Source: Planctomycetota bacterium
GTDB taxonomy: Bacteria > Planctomycetota > UBA1135 > GCA-002748355
Assembly (NCBI GenBank): GCA_002748355.1
Contig: PDSF01000029.1
Span: forward strand, 110,262 to 174,261
DNA: 64,000 nucleotides
Direction: 5' to 3'
Shown here: positions 53,977 through 63,613 of the stretch, one piece after another
Numbering within the stretch: the stretch's first letter is position 1
Layout: every line of letters begins with the position of its first letter
Made by a program: the position numbers and the translations under genes
The notes under the pieces: generated by a model
Seen by the model: the letters and a program-made list of their open reading frames with translations, nothing else
The model's database searches: none
What the model was told of the DNA's origin: nothing

Positions 53977-56262
53977 ATGGCCCACTCTGTTCGACTCGCT
54001 GCCGCCTTGGCGCTGACCCTGCCGCCCATCGCCCATGCCCAAGGGCGGCAGCTACTGCCGCCGCAGCCCAGCGCCCGCAGCATCTCGCAGTCCGTGCAGG
54101 TCGAATCGACGCAGCTGCAAGTGCAGATCAAGGACGGCATCGCCAGCTGCAAGGTCAAGATGCTCCTGCGCAACGACAGCCAACAGCAAGCAGAGAAGAT
54201 CCTCCTCCTACCCATCCCCAAGGGAGCCAGCGCCGACGGCCTGGAAATGCTGGTCAACGGCCAGCCGACCAAGAGCGAAGTGCTCAGCGGCAGCAAGGCC
54301 CGCAGCATCTACGAGGACATCGTTCGGCGGCGCCGCGACCCGGCCCTCCTCGAATACGTCAGCCAGAGCACCCTTCGACTGCGGGTCTTCCCCATTCCGG
54401 CACGCGGCAAGCAGGAAGTGAGCCTGCGCTATCGACTACTGCTCCGCGAGAGCGGCGGGCTCTACGCCTTTGAGTATCCGACCCGCGCGCTTGAAGCCGG
54501 GCAGTTCTCGATGGATATCGCCATAGAGACCAAGCAGGGGCTCAAGAATATCTACTCGCCCATCCAGGGCTGGGATATCGCCCGCAAGGACGAGCACCAC
54601 GCACGCGCAAGCTTCGAGTGCAAGGGGCGGCCAGTGAAGGATCCGATCATCTACTACAGCCTCGATGACCGTGACTTCGGCCTAGGCCTCCTCACTTACC
54701 GCCCAAAGGGCAAGCAGGGCTACTTCCTGCTGATGCTCTCGCCCAAACGTGAGTGGGAGAACGAGGAGGAGCTGAAGAAGAGCGTCACCTTCGTCCTCGA
54801 TACCTCGGGCTCGATGCAGGGCGCAAAGATCGAACAGGCAAAGAAGGCGATGAGCTTCTTCCTGCGCAGCCTGAAGCCACAGGACCGCTTCAACATCGTG
54901 CCTTTCGCCACGGAGGCCCGCCCCTTCGCCGCAGCGCCGGTCGATGTCAGCCCGAACAAGGTGCAAGAGGCCCTAGCCTTCGCTTCCGGCATCGATGCTC
55001 GCGGCGGCACCAATATCCACGAGGCACTGACCTTCGCCTTGAAGTCGCAGCAGAAGAGCGAGCACGTGCCCATCGTCGTCTTCCTCACCGACGGACTCCC
55101 CACTGTCGGCCTGAGCCAGGTGGACGAGATTTTGCGCGACTGCCGCAAGGCCAACGCCAGCCAGGCCCGCGTCTTTGTCTTTGGTGTCGGCCACGACGTC
55201 AACACCAAGCTGCTCGACAGCTTGAGCCGGGATTTCCGCGGCGAGCGCGACTACGTCCGCCCCGGCGAAAATCTCGAACTCAAGCTGGGCGCGCTCTTCG
55301 AGAAGATCGCCTACCCCGTGCTCAGCGACTGCCGCATCGAATGCGACAAGGTGCAGCTATCACAAATGGCTCCAAAGGCACTGCCCGACCTCTTCCGCGG
55401 CAGCCGCATCGTCGTGGCGGGTCGATACAGCGGCAGTGGCCCGGCAGCAATCCGCTTGCAGGGCTTGGTCAATAAGCAAAAGGCCAGCTACGTCTTCGAC
55501 GCCCTCTTCCCCGAGCAGGCCAGCGAAGACGACTTCGTCGCCACGATCTGGGCACAACGCCGCGTCGGCGGGCTACTCGAGGCGATCCGGCTCAACGGCC
55601 AAAGCCCCGAGTTGATCGCCGAGATCCAGCGCCTGGGTAAGGAATACGGCATTGTCACCCCATACACCTCTCACCTCATCGTCGAGGAGAAAGAGCGCGT
55701 CGCGCGGCGCTTCCAGGCGGGCGGGCAGCCCCGGGTGATTTTGCCGACAGGCAGCGCAAGCGATGACCGCCTACGCGAAGAGCTCCGTCGCGTCGGACAC
55801 GCGAATCCGGACGCCGCTCCACAGCGAGGCTTGGGCTTTTCGGGTGCGGACAAGGAGTCCCCGCAGGAACCAGCTCGCCAGGCCAAACAGAAACTCGCCG
55901 GTCTCAACAGCAAAAGCCAAGGCAAGGCTGCCGTCGACCAAAGCATCGACACCGGTCGACTCGCCTTCCTGAGCAGCCTGTCGCAGAAGCGCCGCGACAA
56001 GCTCTGGAGCACACAGCGGGTCGCAGGGCGAGTGCTGCACTTCGTCGCTGGCATCTGGGTCGACAGTCGCTACCGCCCCGAGCACGAGAACAAGCTCGAG
56101 AAGATCGAAGCCTTCTCCGAGGCCTACTTCGCCCTGCTACGGGCCCAACCAGAACTCGGCAAGCTCTTCGCCTTCTCCACCTCGATCGTGACCATCGTCG
56201 GCGAGCGGGCCATCCAAATCATCCCGGCGAAGCCGGCGGTAAGCGGAGCCAGCGACAAGTAA
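53977..56262 (+). CDS. secreted VIT-domain plus von Willebrand factor A (vWA) domain protein
   Basis: I chose the start at ATG 53977 (AAGGAGG 6 nt upstream; signal peptide MAHSVRLAAALALTLPPIAHAQG). VIT-like N-terminus (LRLRVFPIPARGKQEVSLRY). vWA MIDAS motif VTFVLDTSGSMQG. Confidence 0.8.
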   Translation: MAHSVRLAAALALTLPPIAHAQGRQLLPPQPSARSISQSVQVESTQLQVQIKDGIASCKVKMLLRNDSQQQAEKILLLPIPKGASADGLEMLVNGQPTKSEVLSGSKARSIYEDIVRRRRDPALLEYVSQSTLRLRVFPIPARGKQEVSLRYRLLLRESGGLYAFEYPTRALEAGQFSMDIAIETKQGLKNIYSPIQGWDIARKDEHHARASFECKGRPVKDPIIYYSLDDRDFGLGLLTYRPKGKQGYFLLMLSPKREWENEEELKKSVTFVLDTSGSMQGAKIEQAKKAMSFFLRSLKPQDRFNIVPFATEARPFAAAPVDVSPNKVQEALAFASGIDARGGTNIHEALTFALKSQQKSEHVPIVVFLTDGLPTVGLSQVDEILRDCRKANASQARVFVFGVGHDVNTKLLDSLSRDFRGERDYVRPGENLELKLGALFEKIAYPVLSDCRIECDKVQLSQMAPKALPDLFRGSRIVVAGRYSGSGPAAIRLQGLVNKQKASYVFDALFPEQASEDDFVATIWAQRRVGGLLEAIRLNGQSPELIAEIQRLGKEYGIVTPYTSHLIVEEKERVARRFQAGGQPRVILPTGSASDDRLREELRRVGHANPDAAPQRGLGFSGADKESPQEPARQAKQKLAGLNSKSQGKAAVDQSIDTGRLAFLSSLSQKRRDKLWSTQRVAGRVLHFVAGIWVDSRYRPEHENKLEKIEAFSEAYFALLRAQPELGKLFAFSTSIVTIVGERAIQIIPAKPAVSGASDK

Positions 56263-56397
56263 AGGCCAGGGTACCACCCTCGCCCTCCCATGGGTTCGGG
56301 TGGGGCATCCCGTCGCAAACGGCGCTATGTCGCCGTGCGCATATTTCTGGCGGCCTGCTAGGATGCTCCACCCGAATTTCTTTTCTGGAGTGCCCCG

Positions 56398-57378
56398 ATG
56401 ACCAGCCTCAGCAGCGCCGAGAGCACGATCGATCCCAGCCTCGACCTCTTCGAGGAGATCGAACGGCTTAAGCACGAGCGCAATGCCATCATCCTGGCGC
56501 ACTACTACCAGGACCCGGACCTCCAGGACATCGCCGACGTGCTCGGCGATTCGCTGGTGCTGGCGCAGGCAGCCAAGAAGGCCAAGGACAAGGACATCAT
56601 CCTCTTTCTCGGCGTCCACTTCATGGCCGAGACCGCCAAGATCCTCTGCCCTGACAAGACCGTCATCCTCCCCGACCTCGAGGCTGGCTGCTCACTCGCC
56701 GACGCATGCCCCGCCGAGAAGCTCGCCGCCTGGCGCCGAGAGAATCCCGACCATGTCGTCATCACCTACATCAACTCAACGGCAGCGACCAAAGCCGAGA
56801 GCGACTGGATCTGCACCTCCAGCAATGCCCTCAAGATCGTCAAGCAGGTGCCGACAAACCAACCCATCCTCTTTGCCCCCGACCGCAACCTCGGTGCCTG
56901 GCTAAGCAAAGAGCTAGACCGCCCGATGGACTACTGGCCCGGCAGCTGCATCGTCCACGAGACCTTCAGCGAGCGAAAGATCATCGCGCTCAAGGCCCAG
57001 CACGAGAACGTGGAGTTCATCGCCCACCCCGAGTGTGAAAGCCACGTGCTCCGCCACGCTGATTTTGTCGGCTCGACCAGCAAGCTCCTCGAACGCGTGC
57101 AGACCAGCCCGGCCCAGACATTCATCGTCGGCACCGAGATAGGCATCCTGCACGAGATGCGCAAACGCTCGCCGGACAAGACCCTGCTCGAAGCCCCCAT
57201 CGATCAGCGCGAACTCGAAGACGGCAGCTGCGGCTGCCAAGAATGCCCCTTCATGAAGCTCAACACCCTGGAGAAAACGTACCTGGCGCTGCGCGACCTA
57301 AGGCCCCAGATCCACGTCGACCCCGAGCTTCGCAAGCGGGCCCTCCTGCCCCTCGAGAGAATGCTCCAGGTCAGCTAA
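56398..57378 (+). CDS. nadA: quinolinate synthase
   Basis: 326-aa ORF with ILAHYYQDPDLQDIADVLGDSL, FLGVHFMAETAKIL and YINSTAATKA. Confidence 0.9.
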   Translation: MTSLSSAESTIDPSLDLFEEIERLKHERNAIILAHYYQDPDLQDIADVLGDSLVLAQAAKKAKDKDIILFLGVHFMAETAKILCPDKTVILPDLEAGCSLADACPAEKLAAWRRENPDHVVITYINSTAATKAESDWICTSSNALKIVKQVPTNQPILFAPDRNLGAWLSKELDRPMDYWPGSCIVHETFSERKIIALKAQHENVEFIAHPECESHVLRHADFVGSTSKLLERVQTSPAQTFIVGTEIGILHEMRKRSPDKTLLEAPIDQRELEDGSCGCQECPFMKLNTLEKTYLALRDLRPQIHVDPELRKRALLPLERMLQVS

Positions 57379-58114
57379 GGCGCACGACCTGGCTCTCTAC
57401 CTCAAGCCGGATCGTGCCGCGCAAACCCAGCCCATCGAGGATGCGAAGCCACTGGACCCAGGGCATGGGCAGTTGCGGATCGAGGCTCCGCGCCATCAGC
57501 AGCATCTCGTGCGTATGCTCCAGGAGGTTCTCCGGGATGTCCCCCGTGATGTCACGGCCCTCTGGCGCAGACCGCGAGCCCCCGCCCATCGCCCGCTGCA
57601 TCACCACCTCTGCCCGGTTCAGATAGTAGCCCGCCGGATGCCCTCGCTCCCACCAAGGGAAGCGCGAACGCGCTGCGAGAGGATCCACTTCACCGAGTTC
57701 ATCGCAGGCAAAGTCCTGCATGGCACGCTCGACCACCAGCTCGTCATTGTGCCACCAGAACCCCGTATCGTCGCAGCATTCAGCATCCTGCCAACGCAGG
57801 CGCAGATCGATGCCCATAGCGCGAACGAGCTTGCACAGCCAAACGTGGTAGCCCGGTCCAACCGCCGTCGTCTCCGCCTGTAGCAGCAAGCCGCGCTGCG
57901 ACAAAGTGAGCCGGAGAAAGCCCAAGCTGGGATAGAACTCGAAACGGAAATCCGTGGGGCCGAGACCTTCCACCCCAAGCAGCAAATGCCCAGAGTGCTC
58001 GCTCAACCATTCCCGTACCCGCAAGAAGAGTTTCCTCTTCGACGGCGGCCAGAACCAAGTCCCGGCACGAGCGACCAAGCGAATCTGGATCCCCACCTCA
58101 GTCGCGGACCTCAA
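57371..58114 (-). CDS. hypothetical protein
   Basis: 247-aa ORF, Trp-rich, with no motif recognised. Downstream of rpiA on the same strand, overlapping it by 17 nt if the start at 58114 is used. Confidence 0.45.
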   Translation of the reverse strand: MRSATEVGIQIRLVARAGTWFWPPSKRKLFLRVREWLSEHSGHLLLGVEGLGPTDFRFEFYPSLGFLRLTLSQRGLLLQAETTAVGPGYHVWLCKLVRAMGIDLRLRWQDAECCDDTGFWWHNDELVVERAMQDFACDELGEVDPLAARSRFPWWERGHPAGYYLNRAEVVMQRAMGGGSRSAPEGRDITGDIPENLLEHTHEMLLMARSLDPQLPMPWVQWLRILDGLGLRGTIRLEVESQVVRLS

Positions 58115-58772
58115 CCGAGCCGTCCGCCTTGCCTATCAGGATGCGTCCAGCAAGCCCGACAAAGAGCCCGTTCTCGACGACGCCCGGGATCATGTTGATC
58201 TGGCGCTCAAGTTGCTCGGGATCTTCGATGCCATTGCAGCGGCAGTCGAAGATGTACATGCCATTGTCGGTAACGCTGACCTCGCCACTTTCCTTGGTGC
58301 GCAAGAAGGGGGTCAGACCAAGTTCTTGGAGCCGAGCCTGCACCAAGGGCTCGGCAAAGGGCAGGCACTCGACGGGTAGCAAGAAGCTTTTCCCGAGCAT
58401 ATCGACCATCTTGTTCTCGGAGACGATCACGATGAGTTCCTGGCTCGACGCCGCCACGATCTTCTCGCGCGTCAGCGCCCCGCCTCCGCCCTTGATCAGA
58501 GCCTTTCCGGGGCCGACCTCATCAGCGCCATCGATGCAGATGGCGGGCTCAGGCTCCGCCTGCAGACTCGCCAGAGGGATACTCTGCCGACGGGCCTTCT
58601 GCTCCGTGTCCTTCGAAGTTGGAACACAGGTCACACGGAGATTTTCCTGGTCGATACGCTCCGCGAGCCGCTCAAGCGCGAAGAAGACCGTGCTCCCCGT
58701 TCCCAAGCCGACCGCTTGTCCGTCCTCGACCAGATCTGCCGCAAAGCGGCCTACGGCTCTCTTCGGGTCCAT
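58098..58772 (-). CDS. rpiA: ribose-5-phosphate isomerase A
   Basis: 224-aa ORF with VGLGTGSTVFFALERL, IDGADEV and IKGGGGALTREKIVA. Confidence 0.88.
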   Translation of the reverse strand: MDPKRAVGRFAADLVEDGQAVGLGTGSTVFFALERLAERIDQENLRVTCVPTSKDTEQKARRQSIPLASLQAEPEPAICIDGADEVGPGKALIKGGGGALTREKIVAASSQELIVIVSENKMVDMLGKSFLLPVECLPFAEPLVQARLQELGLTPFLRTKESGEVSVTDNGMYIFDCRCNGIEDPEQLERQINMIPGVVENGLFVGLAGRILIGKADGSVEVRD

Positions 58773-58962
58773 AGTTCCTCCAGGGCCCGGATGCTACGCC
58801 AGCAGCCTTCCCCACCCAAGCTCATGTGCCGCCTGAGCAGAACCTGCGCAGGGGCTCCCCATAGAAGTGCGCAGCCATGCGAGGTTTAGGCCGCGACTCC
58901 TTCTATTGCATCGGAGCGGCCTAGCCCTAAGGTTTTGCGCCAATCGTTCGCAATTAGAGCCC

Positions 58963-59316
58963 ATGAATCGGCCAGCCTCCAACTCTAAGTCCATCGAGCC
59001 ATGCTCTGAAAAAGAGCCCAGCGTCGACTCGTCAGAGGAGCAAACGCGCGCTTCTGACGCCACCGGTCGATACATGACGCTCGCGGAACTCCCCATCCTC
59101 GCCAAGGCCCGCATCGTAAGCCTTGAGGGCGGGAGCGATGACCCCTCTCGTCGACGACTCCTCGAGCTTGGGCTGCACCCAGGCACCGAGATCGCGGTCT
59201 GCCACCGAGCTCCCCTCGGTGACCCGCGCTGCTACGGATTCCGCAGCACACAGATGTGTTTGCGGCGCTCCGAGACGAGCCGTATCCAAGTCGAACTCCT
59301 AAGCCTCCCCGCCTGA
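58963..59316 (+). CDS. feoA: ferrous iron transport protein A
   Basis: The FeoA SH3-like domain lies in the last 80 aa (MTLAELPILAKARIVSLEGG...LLELGLHPGTEIAV). The start is ambiguous: ATG 58963 adds a low-complexity extension, while ATG 59074 gives a canonical 80-aa FeoA. Confidence 0.7.
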   Translation: MNRPASNSKSIEPCSEKEPSVDSSEEQTRASDATGRYMTLAELPILAKARIVSLEGGSDDPSRRRLLELGLHPGTEIAVCHRAPLGDPRCYGFRSTQMCLRRSETSRIQVELLSLPA

Positions 59317-59332
59317 GCCTCGCCGGAACCGC

Positions 59333-61300
59333 GTGTTCCGGCGCAGTTCTTTCCTGCGTCGTTTTCTTTCCTGCGTATTCCTTCCCTGCGGAAACCTTTT
59401 CGTGACCGAGACCGATATCCAGTCTCCGCCGAGAGCGCTGCGTATCGCCCTCGTCGGCAGCCCCAACTCGGGCAAGACCACCCTTTTCAATTCCCTCACC
59501 GGTCTACGGGCAAAGACCGGCAACTACGCTGGCGTCACGGTCGAACGCAGCACCGGCCAGCTGATGAGCCGCTCGCGCAAGGTCGAACTCATCGATCTTC
59601 CCGGCACCTACAGCCTCGACGCGATCAGCGAAGACGAATCGGTCGCGATCCGGGTCCTGCGGGGAGAGTTCGCCACAGAGAGCCCGCCGGACGGGGTCGC
59701 CTGCGTCATCGACTCCACAACCCTCGAGCGCAGCCTACCCCTGCTCGCCGAAGTGCTCGCCGTCGGCCGCCCCACGGTCCTGGTCCTGACGATGATCGAC
59801 GAGCTCAAGGCTCGTGGTGGCGACATCGATATCTTCCGACTTCAGGACACCCTCGGTATCCCGGTCGTCGGCGTCGTCGGCACCCGCGGCATCGGCATCG
59901 CCGACCTCAGCGACCTGCTGATCCAGCCCGACAAGTGGACACGCCACAAGGTCGCCCTGCCCAGCGACATCAGCGATCGCTTCGCCTGGGCCGATCGCGT
60001 CCTCAATGACTCCACGCGCACGAGGCCTCAGGAACACAAGTTCACCCGGCGACTCGACAAACTCTTGCTGCACCCGATCCTGGGTCCGCTGGTATTCCTC
60101 GCCTTCCTCGTCGTCTTCTTCCAGGCCATCTTCTCCTGGGCCGGTCCCGCGATGGACTTCTTCGCCGGAACCATGGACGACCTGGCCGACTACATACTGC
60201 AGCAGGATGGCAGCGACAGCGCCTTCACCTCCCTGCTCGCCAACGGCGTGATCCGTGGCGTCGGCGGCGTCATCGTCTTTTTGCCCCAGATCCTCCTGCT
60301 CTTCGCGGTCATCCTCTTCCTCGAAGCCTGCGGTTATATGGCCCGCGCCGCCTTCGTCATCGATCGCGTCATGGGCTGGATCGGACTCGAAGGCCGCTGC
60401 TTCATCGCCTTGCTCTCGAGCTACGCCTGCGCGGTGCCGGGCATCCTCGCCACTCGCACCATCCCCAACCCCAAGGACCGCCTGGCGACGGTGCTAGTGG
60501 CACCTCTAACGACCTGCTCGGCGCGGCTACCGGTTTATCTACTACTCATCACCGCCTTCGTGCCGGCCGACCCACTCATCGGCCCCTTCGACATGCGCGC
60601 GGCGACCCTCTTCGGGCTCTACCTGCTCGGCGCCGTCTCCACCATGGTCTGCGCCGCCATCCTCAAGAAGGGCATGCTTCGCGGCGCCAACCTGCCCTTC
60701 TACATGGAGCTTCCTCCCTACCGCCTCCCCTCCCTTCGCTCGATCGCGCTCGGCGTCTGGGAGCGGGCACGGGTCTTCATCGTTCGGGCAGGCACGGTCA
60801 TCCTCGCGGCTTCCGTCGTGCTCTGGATCCTCCTCAACTTCCCCAAGCAGGAGGCCAAACCGGGCATGGACGAAGCCCAGGCCCAACGCATCCAGCTTGA
60901 GCAGAGCTACGCCGCCACCATCGGCCGCAGCATCGAGCCCATCTTTGAGCCGATGGGCTTCGACTGGCGTGTCAATGTCGGCCTGCTCGGCAGCTTCGCC
61001 GCCCGCGAAGTCATGAACTCGACACTGGCGGAGATCTATGCCTATAGCGGCGACTTAGAAGAGGTCGACGGCTTGGCCTCGGTCATCACCGCCAAAGACC
61101 CGGTCACCGGCAAACCGCCGCTCGAACGCGCATCGGCCTTCGCCCTCCTGGTCTTCTTCGTCTTCGCCCTGCAGTGCATCTCGACAATCGCCGCGATCCG
61201 CCGCGAGACGAACTCCTGGCGCTGGCCCCTCTTCGCCCTTGCCTATATGACCGCTCTTGCGTGGGTCGGCGGCTGGGTGACCTATTGGCTCACTGCCTGA
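59333..61300 (+). CDS. feoB: ferrous iron transporter FeoB
   Basis: G-domain IALVGSPNSGKTTLFNSLTG and DLPGTYSL, followed by a polytopic permease domain. The likely true start is GTG 59402 (VTETDIQ...), 23 codons inside the track ORF. Confidence 0.9.
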   Translation: MFRRSSFLRRFLSCVFLPCGNLFVTETDIQSPPRALRIALVGSPNSGKTTLFNSLTGLRAKTGNYAGVTVERSTGQLMSRSRKVELIDLPGTYSLDAISEDESVAIRVLRGEFATESPPDGVACVIDSTTLERSLPLLAEVLAVGRPTVLVLTMIDELKARGGDIDIFRLQDTLGIPVVGVVGTRGIGIADLSDLLIQPDKWTRHKVALPSDISDRFAWADRVLNDSTRTRPQEHKFTRRLDKLLLHPILGPLVFLAFLVVFFQAIFSWAGPAMDFFAGTMDDLADYILQQDGSDSAFTSLLANGVIRGVGGVIVFLPQILLLFAVILFLEACGYMARAAFVIDRVMGWIGLEGRCFIALLSSYACAVPGILATRTIPNPKDRLATVLVAPLTTCSARLPVYLLLITAFVPADPLIGPFDMRAATLFGLYLLGAVSTMVCAAILKKGMLRGANLPFYMELPPYRLPSLRSIALGVWERARVFIVRAGTVILAASVVLWILLNFPKQEAKPGMDEAQAQRIQLEQSYAATIGRSIEPIFEPMGFDWRVNVGLLGSFAAREVMNSTLAEIYAYSGDLEEVDGLASVITAKDPVTGKPPLERASAFALLVFFVFALQCISTIAAIRRETNSWRWPLFALAYMTALAWVGGWVTYWLTA

Positions 61301-61348
61301 GCAAAGGGCCGGCTGGCCCGACTCCGCACGCGCAACGAGGACCTAGCG

Positions 61349-62557
61349 ATGAGCCAGCAAGACCAGCCTTTCCCGCAAAGCGCGGGGAGAGATCCCCGCA
61401 GCAAAAGCGCAGGCCGAAGCCGCCAGCCCAGCCCAAAAAGCAAGCGAAGTAGCCCCCCCTGGGTCTACCTCGTTCTCGCCCTCGTAGGCGTCCTGGCCAT
61501 CTTCCTCACCTTGGCCCTCGAGACCGCAGACAAAGAGGCGGCATCGGCGCCGGTGCCGCTCTTCGCCAAGGTCGTAGGGCGGGACCAGATCAAGATGCCC
61601 AAGGTGACGGTCAACTTTCACCCGGCAAGTGACCCGGAGTCGATCGCGCACACAAGCACGACCGACTACCGAGGCATCGCCGACCTGCCAAAGGAAAAGG
61701 CAAAGGGTCGCTTCTTCGTCGTCGCCAAGAGCATGACGGGGACCATCGGCATGGGGCAAACCCATGCGGGCAACCACGAGCTGACCATCATCGAGCTATT
61801 GCCGCCAAAGCCCGTCATAGGCAAGGTCGTCGACGCCGAGGGCAAAGCCATCGAAGGCGCCAAAGTCACTGCTCGCTTCCTTGGTCCGGGGAGCCCCAAG
61901 CTCGTCGAGGCCACGAGCAAGGCAGACGGTGAGTTCCAGCTCTACCGGCTCTCGACCAGCCTACAAACGCTGCTGCTCCAGGCAGAGGCCAAGGGCTTTG
62001 CCCGGCAAGACTACGAATACAAGCGCGAGGCATCCGCCCCCCTGATCATTACGCTGGCCCGCACCATGGAACTCCAGGTCAGGATCCTGGACAGCAACGG
62101 CAAGCCCATCGAAGACATTCGCGCGACGGTCCAAGACCAGCCAAAGCTCAGGTCCGTCAGCGACATGTTCGGCCTTATGTTCTTCCCCAATCTCGTGGAG
62201 AAGAAAGCGGTCACCCTCCAGATCGAGGACCCCAAGCGCACATACCGCTTTCGCGATGACCTCATCCCCCGCCCCGAGCCCTACGACTTAGTGCTTGAGG
62301 AACCGGCGACACTGGAAGGCATCGTCGTCGATGCGAAGCAGCAGCCGCTAAGCGGCATCACCATCAAGCACCGACACGGGCCCCGCGCCTGGGTTCGAAC
62401 GAGCAGCGGGCCGGACGGGAGCTTCCGGATCGGCGACCTGCCCTCAGGCGAGGTCTGGCTCGAATATGAGCTCGGCGACGGGACCACGAAACGCTTCACC
62501 GTCCCAATGCAGCGCGGCAGCACCCGCAGCGGCTATACCGTCCAAATCACTCGTTAA
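61349..62557 (+). CDS. membrane-anchored protein with carboxypeptidase-regulatory-like repeats
   Basis: 402-aa ORF with TM VYLVLALVGVLAIFLTLAL. Repeats VIGKVVDAEGKAIEGAKVTA...ADGEFQLYRL and LEGIVVDAKQQPLSGITIKH...PDGSFRIGDLPSG. Confidence 0.55.
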   Translation: MSQQDQPFPQSAGRDPRSKSAGRSRQPSPKSKRSSPPWVYLVLALVGVLAIFLTLALETADKEAASAPVPLFAKVVGRDQIKMPKVTVNFHPASDPESIAHTSTTDYRGIADLPKEKAKGRFFVVAKSMTGTIGMGQTHAGNHELTIIELLPPKPVIGKVVDAEGKAIEGAKVTARFLGPGSPKLVEATSKADGEFQLYRLSTSLQTLLLQAEAKGFARQDYEYKREASAPLIITLARTMELQVRILDSNGKPIEDIRATVQDQPKLRSVSDMFGLMFFPNLVEKKAVTLQIEDPKRTYRFRDDLIPRPEPYDLVLEEPATLEGIVVDAKQQPLSGITIKHRHGPRAWVRTSSGPDGSFRIGDLPSGEVWLEYELGDGTTKRFTVPMQRGSTRSGYTVQITR

Positions 62558-62591
62558 GCCCGGCAAAAGCCCCAGCGCCATCAACACGCCA

Positions 62592-63503
62592 TCAACAACA
62601 AGAGCAGCTCTCAAGAGGGCTAACGTGCACCGTCACGGTGCGTACGTGTTCGAGCCGCTCCTTGATACGGTCCTCGACACGATGGGCAATGCCGTCGGCA
62701 CTCCGGAGAGAAAGCTCCCCATCAACACAGATATCAGCGTCAATATTGAAGTAGCTCCCCACCGGATGGATGCGTAACTGCTCGCAGCAGGCGACGTCAG
62801 GATCCTCTTCGATCACCAGGCGGATCTCTTCGCCCATGCCCGGTGGCGCCCTATCCATCAGGATATGCACGTTGTGCATGATCGGCTCGATTGACATCCA
62901 AGCGATGTAGAGGCCGACAAGCACAGCCGCAAAGGGATCGAGCCAGAGCAGGCCAAGCCGCGCGCCGAAGATGCCGGCAAAAACCGTGAGGCCGACCAAG
63001 ACGTCGGCTCTATGGTCGCGGGCACTGGCGAGCAGCGAAGGCGAGTTCAGCCTGCGCCCGACCTTGATCGTAAAACGGTAGAGCAGCTCCTTGAGCAGGA
63101 TGGTGGCAGCCGCAACCCAGAGCGCAAGCTCGCCCGGCGCCGCTTCCCGAGGCTCCAAGAAAGCCTTGGCGCCTTCGAGAAAGATGAAGAAGCCCGTCGC
63201 GCACAAGAGCCCGCCGACCAAGAGACCGGCGACACTCTCGGCATTGCCATGCCCGTAGTTGTGGTCTTCGTCCGGTGGCTTGCGGGCGTAGAGGTAGCTG
63301 GCAAAGACCGCGGCAGTGGCCAAGACGTCCCCAGCGGAGTTGAAGCCATCCGCAGTCAGAGCAGCACTACCGGCAAGCCATCCCACCACGAACTTAGCCA
63401 CCATCAGCACCGCGTTGATGGTGATCGCCAATACATTGGCAAGTACGCCGCGATCCATCGAGCCAAGAGACATTGCCCGGTAGGGTAACCGTCCCAAGGC
63501 CAC
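62592..63503 (-). CDS. cation diffusion facilitator (CDF) family divalent-metal efflux transporter
   Basis: 303-aa ORF with six TMs. CDF motifs ALTADGFNSAGDVLA and HNYGHGNAES. A cytoplasmic C-terminal domain ends in CSCC. Confidence 0.85.
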   Translation of the reverse strand: MALGRLPYRAMSLGSMDRGVLANVLAITINAVLMVAKFVVGWLAGSAALTADGFNSAGDVLATAAVFASYLYARKPPDEDHNYGHGNAESVAGLLVGGLLCATGFFIFLEGAKAFLEPREAAPGELALWVAAATILLKELLYRFTIKVGRRLNSPSLLASARDHRADVLVGLTVFAGIFGARLGLLWLDPFAAVLVGLYIAWMSIEPIMHNVHILMDRAPPGMGEEIRLVIEEDPDVACCEQLRIHPVGSYFNIDADICVDGELSLRSADGIAHRVEDRIKERLEHVRTVTVHVSPLESCSCC

Positions 63504-63613
63504 GCGGAAGTAACCGTTAGCCGGCTGTTGAAAAGGCTCGCGAGTGACAGAGGGCAGAATCCGGTGGCTTTGTCCCCGTGCGCCGTTTTCAACGGCCAGC
63601 TAGGAAACAGAAC

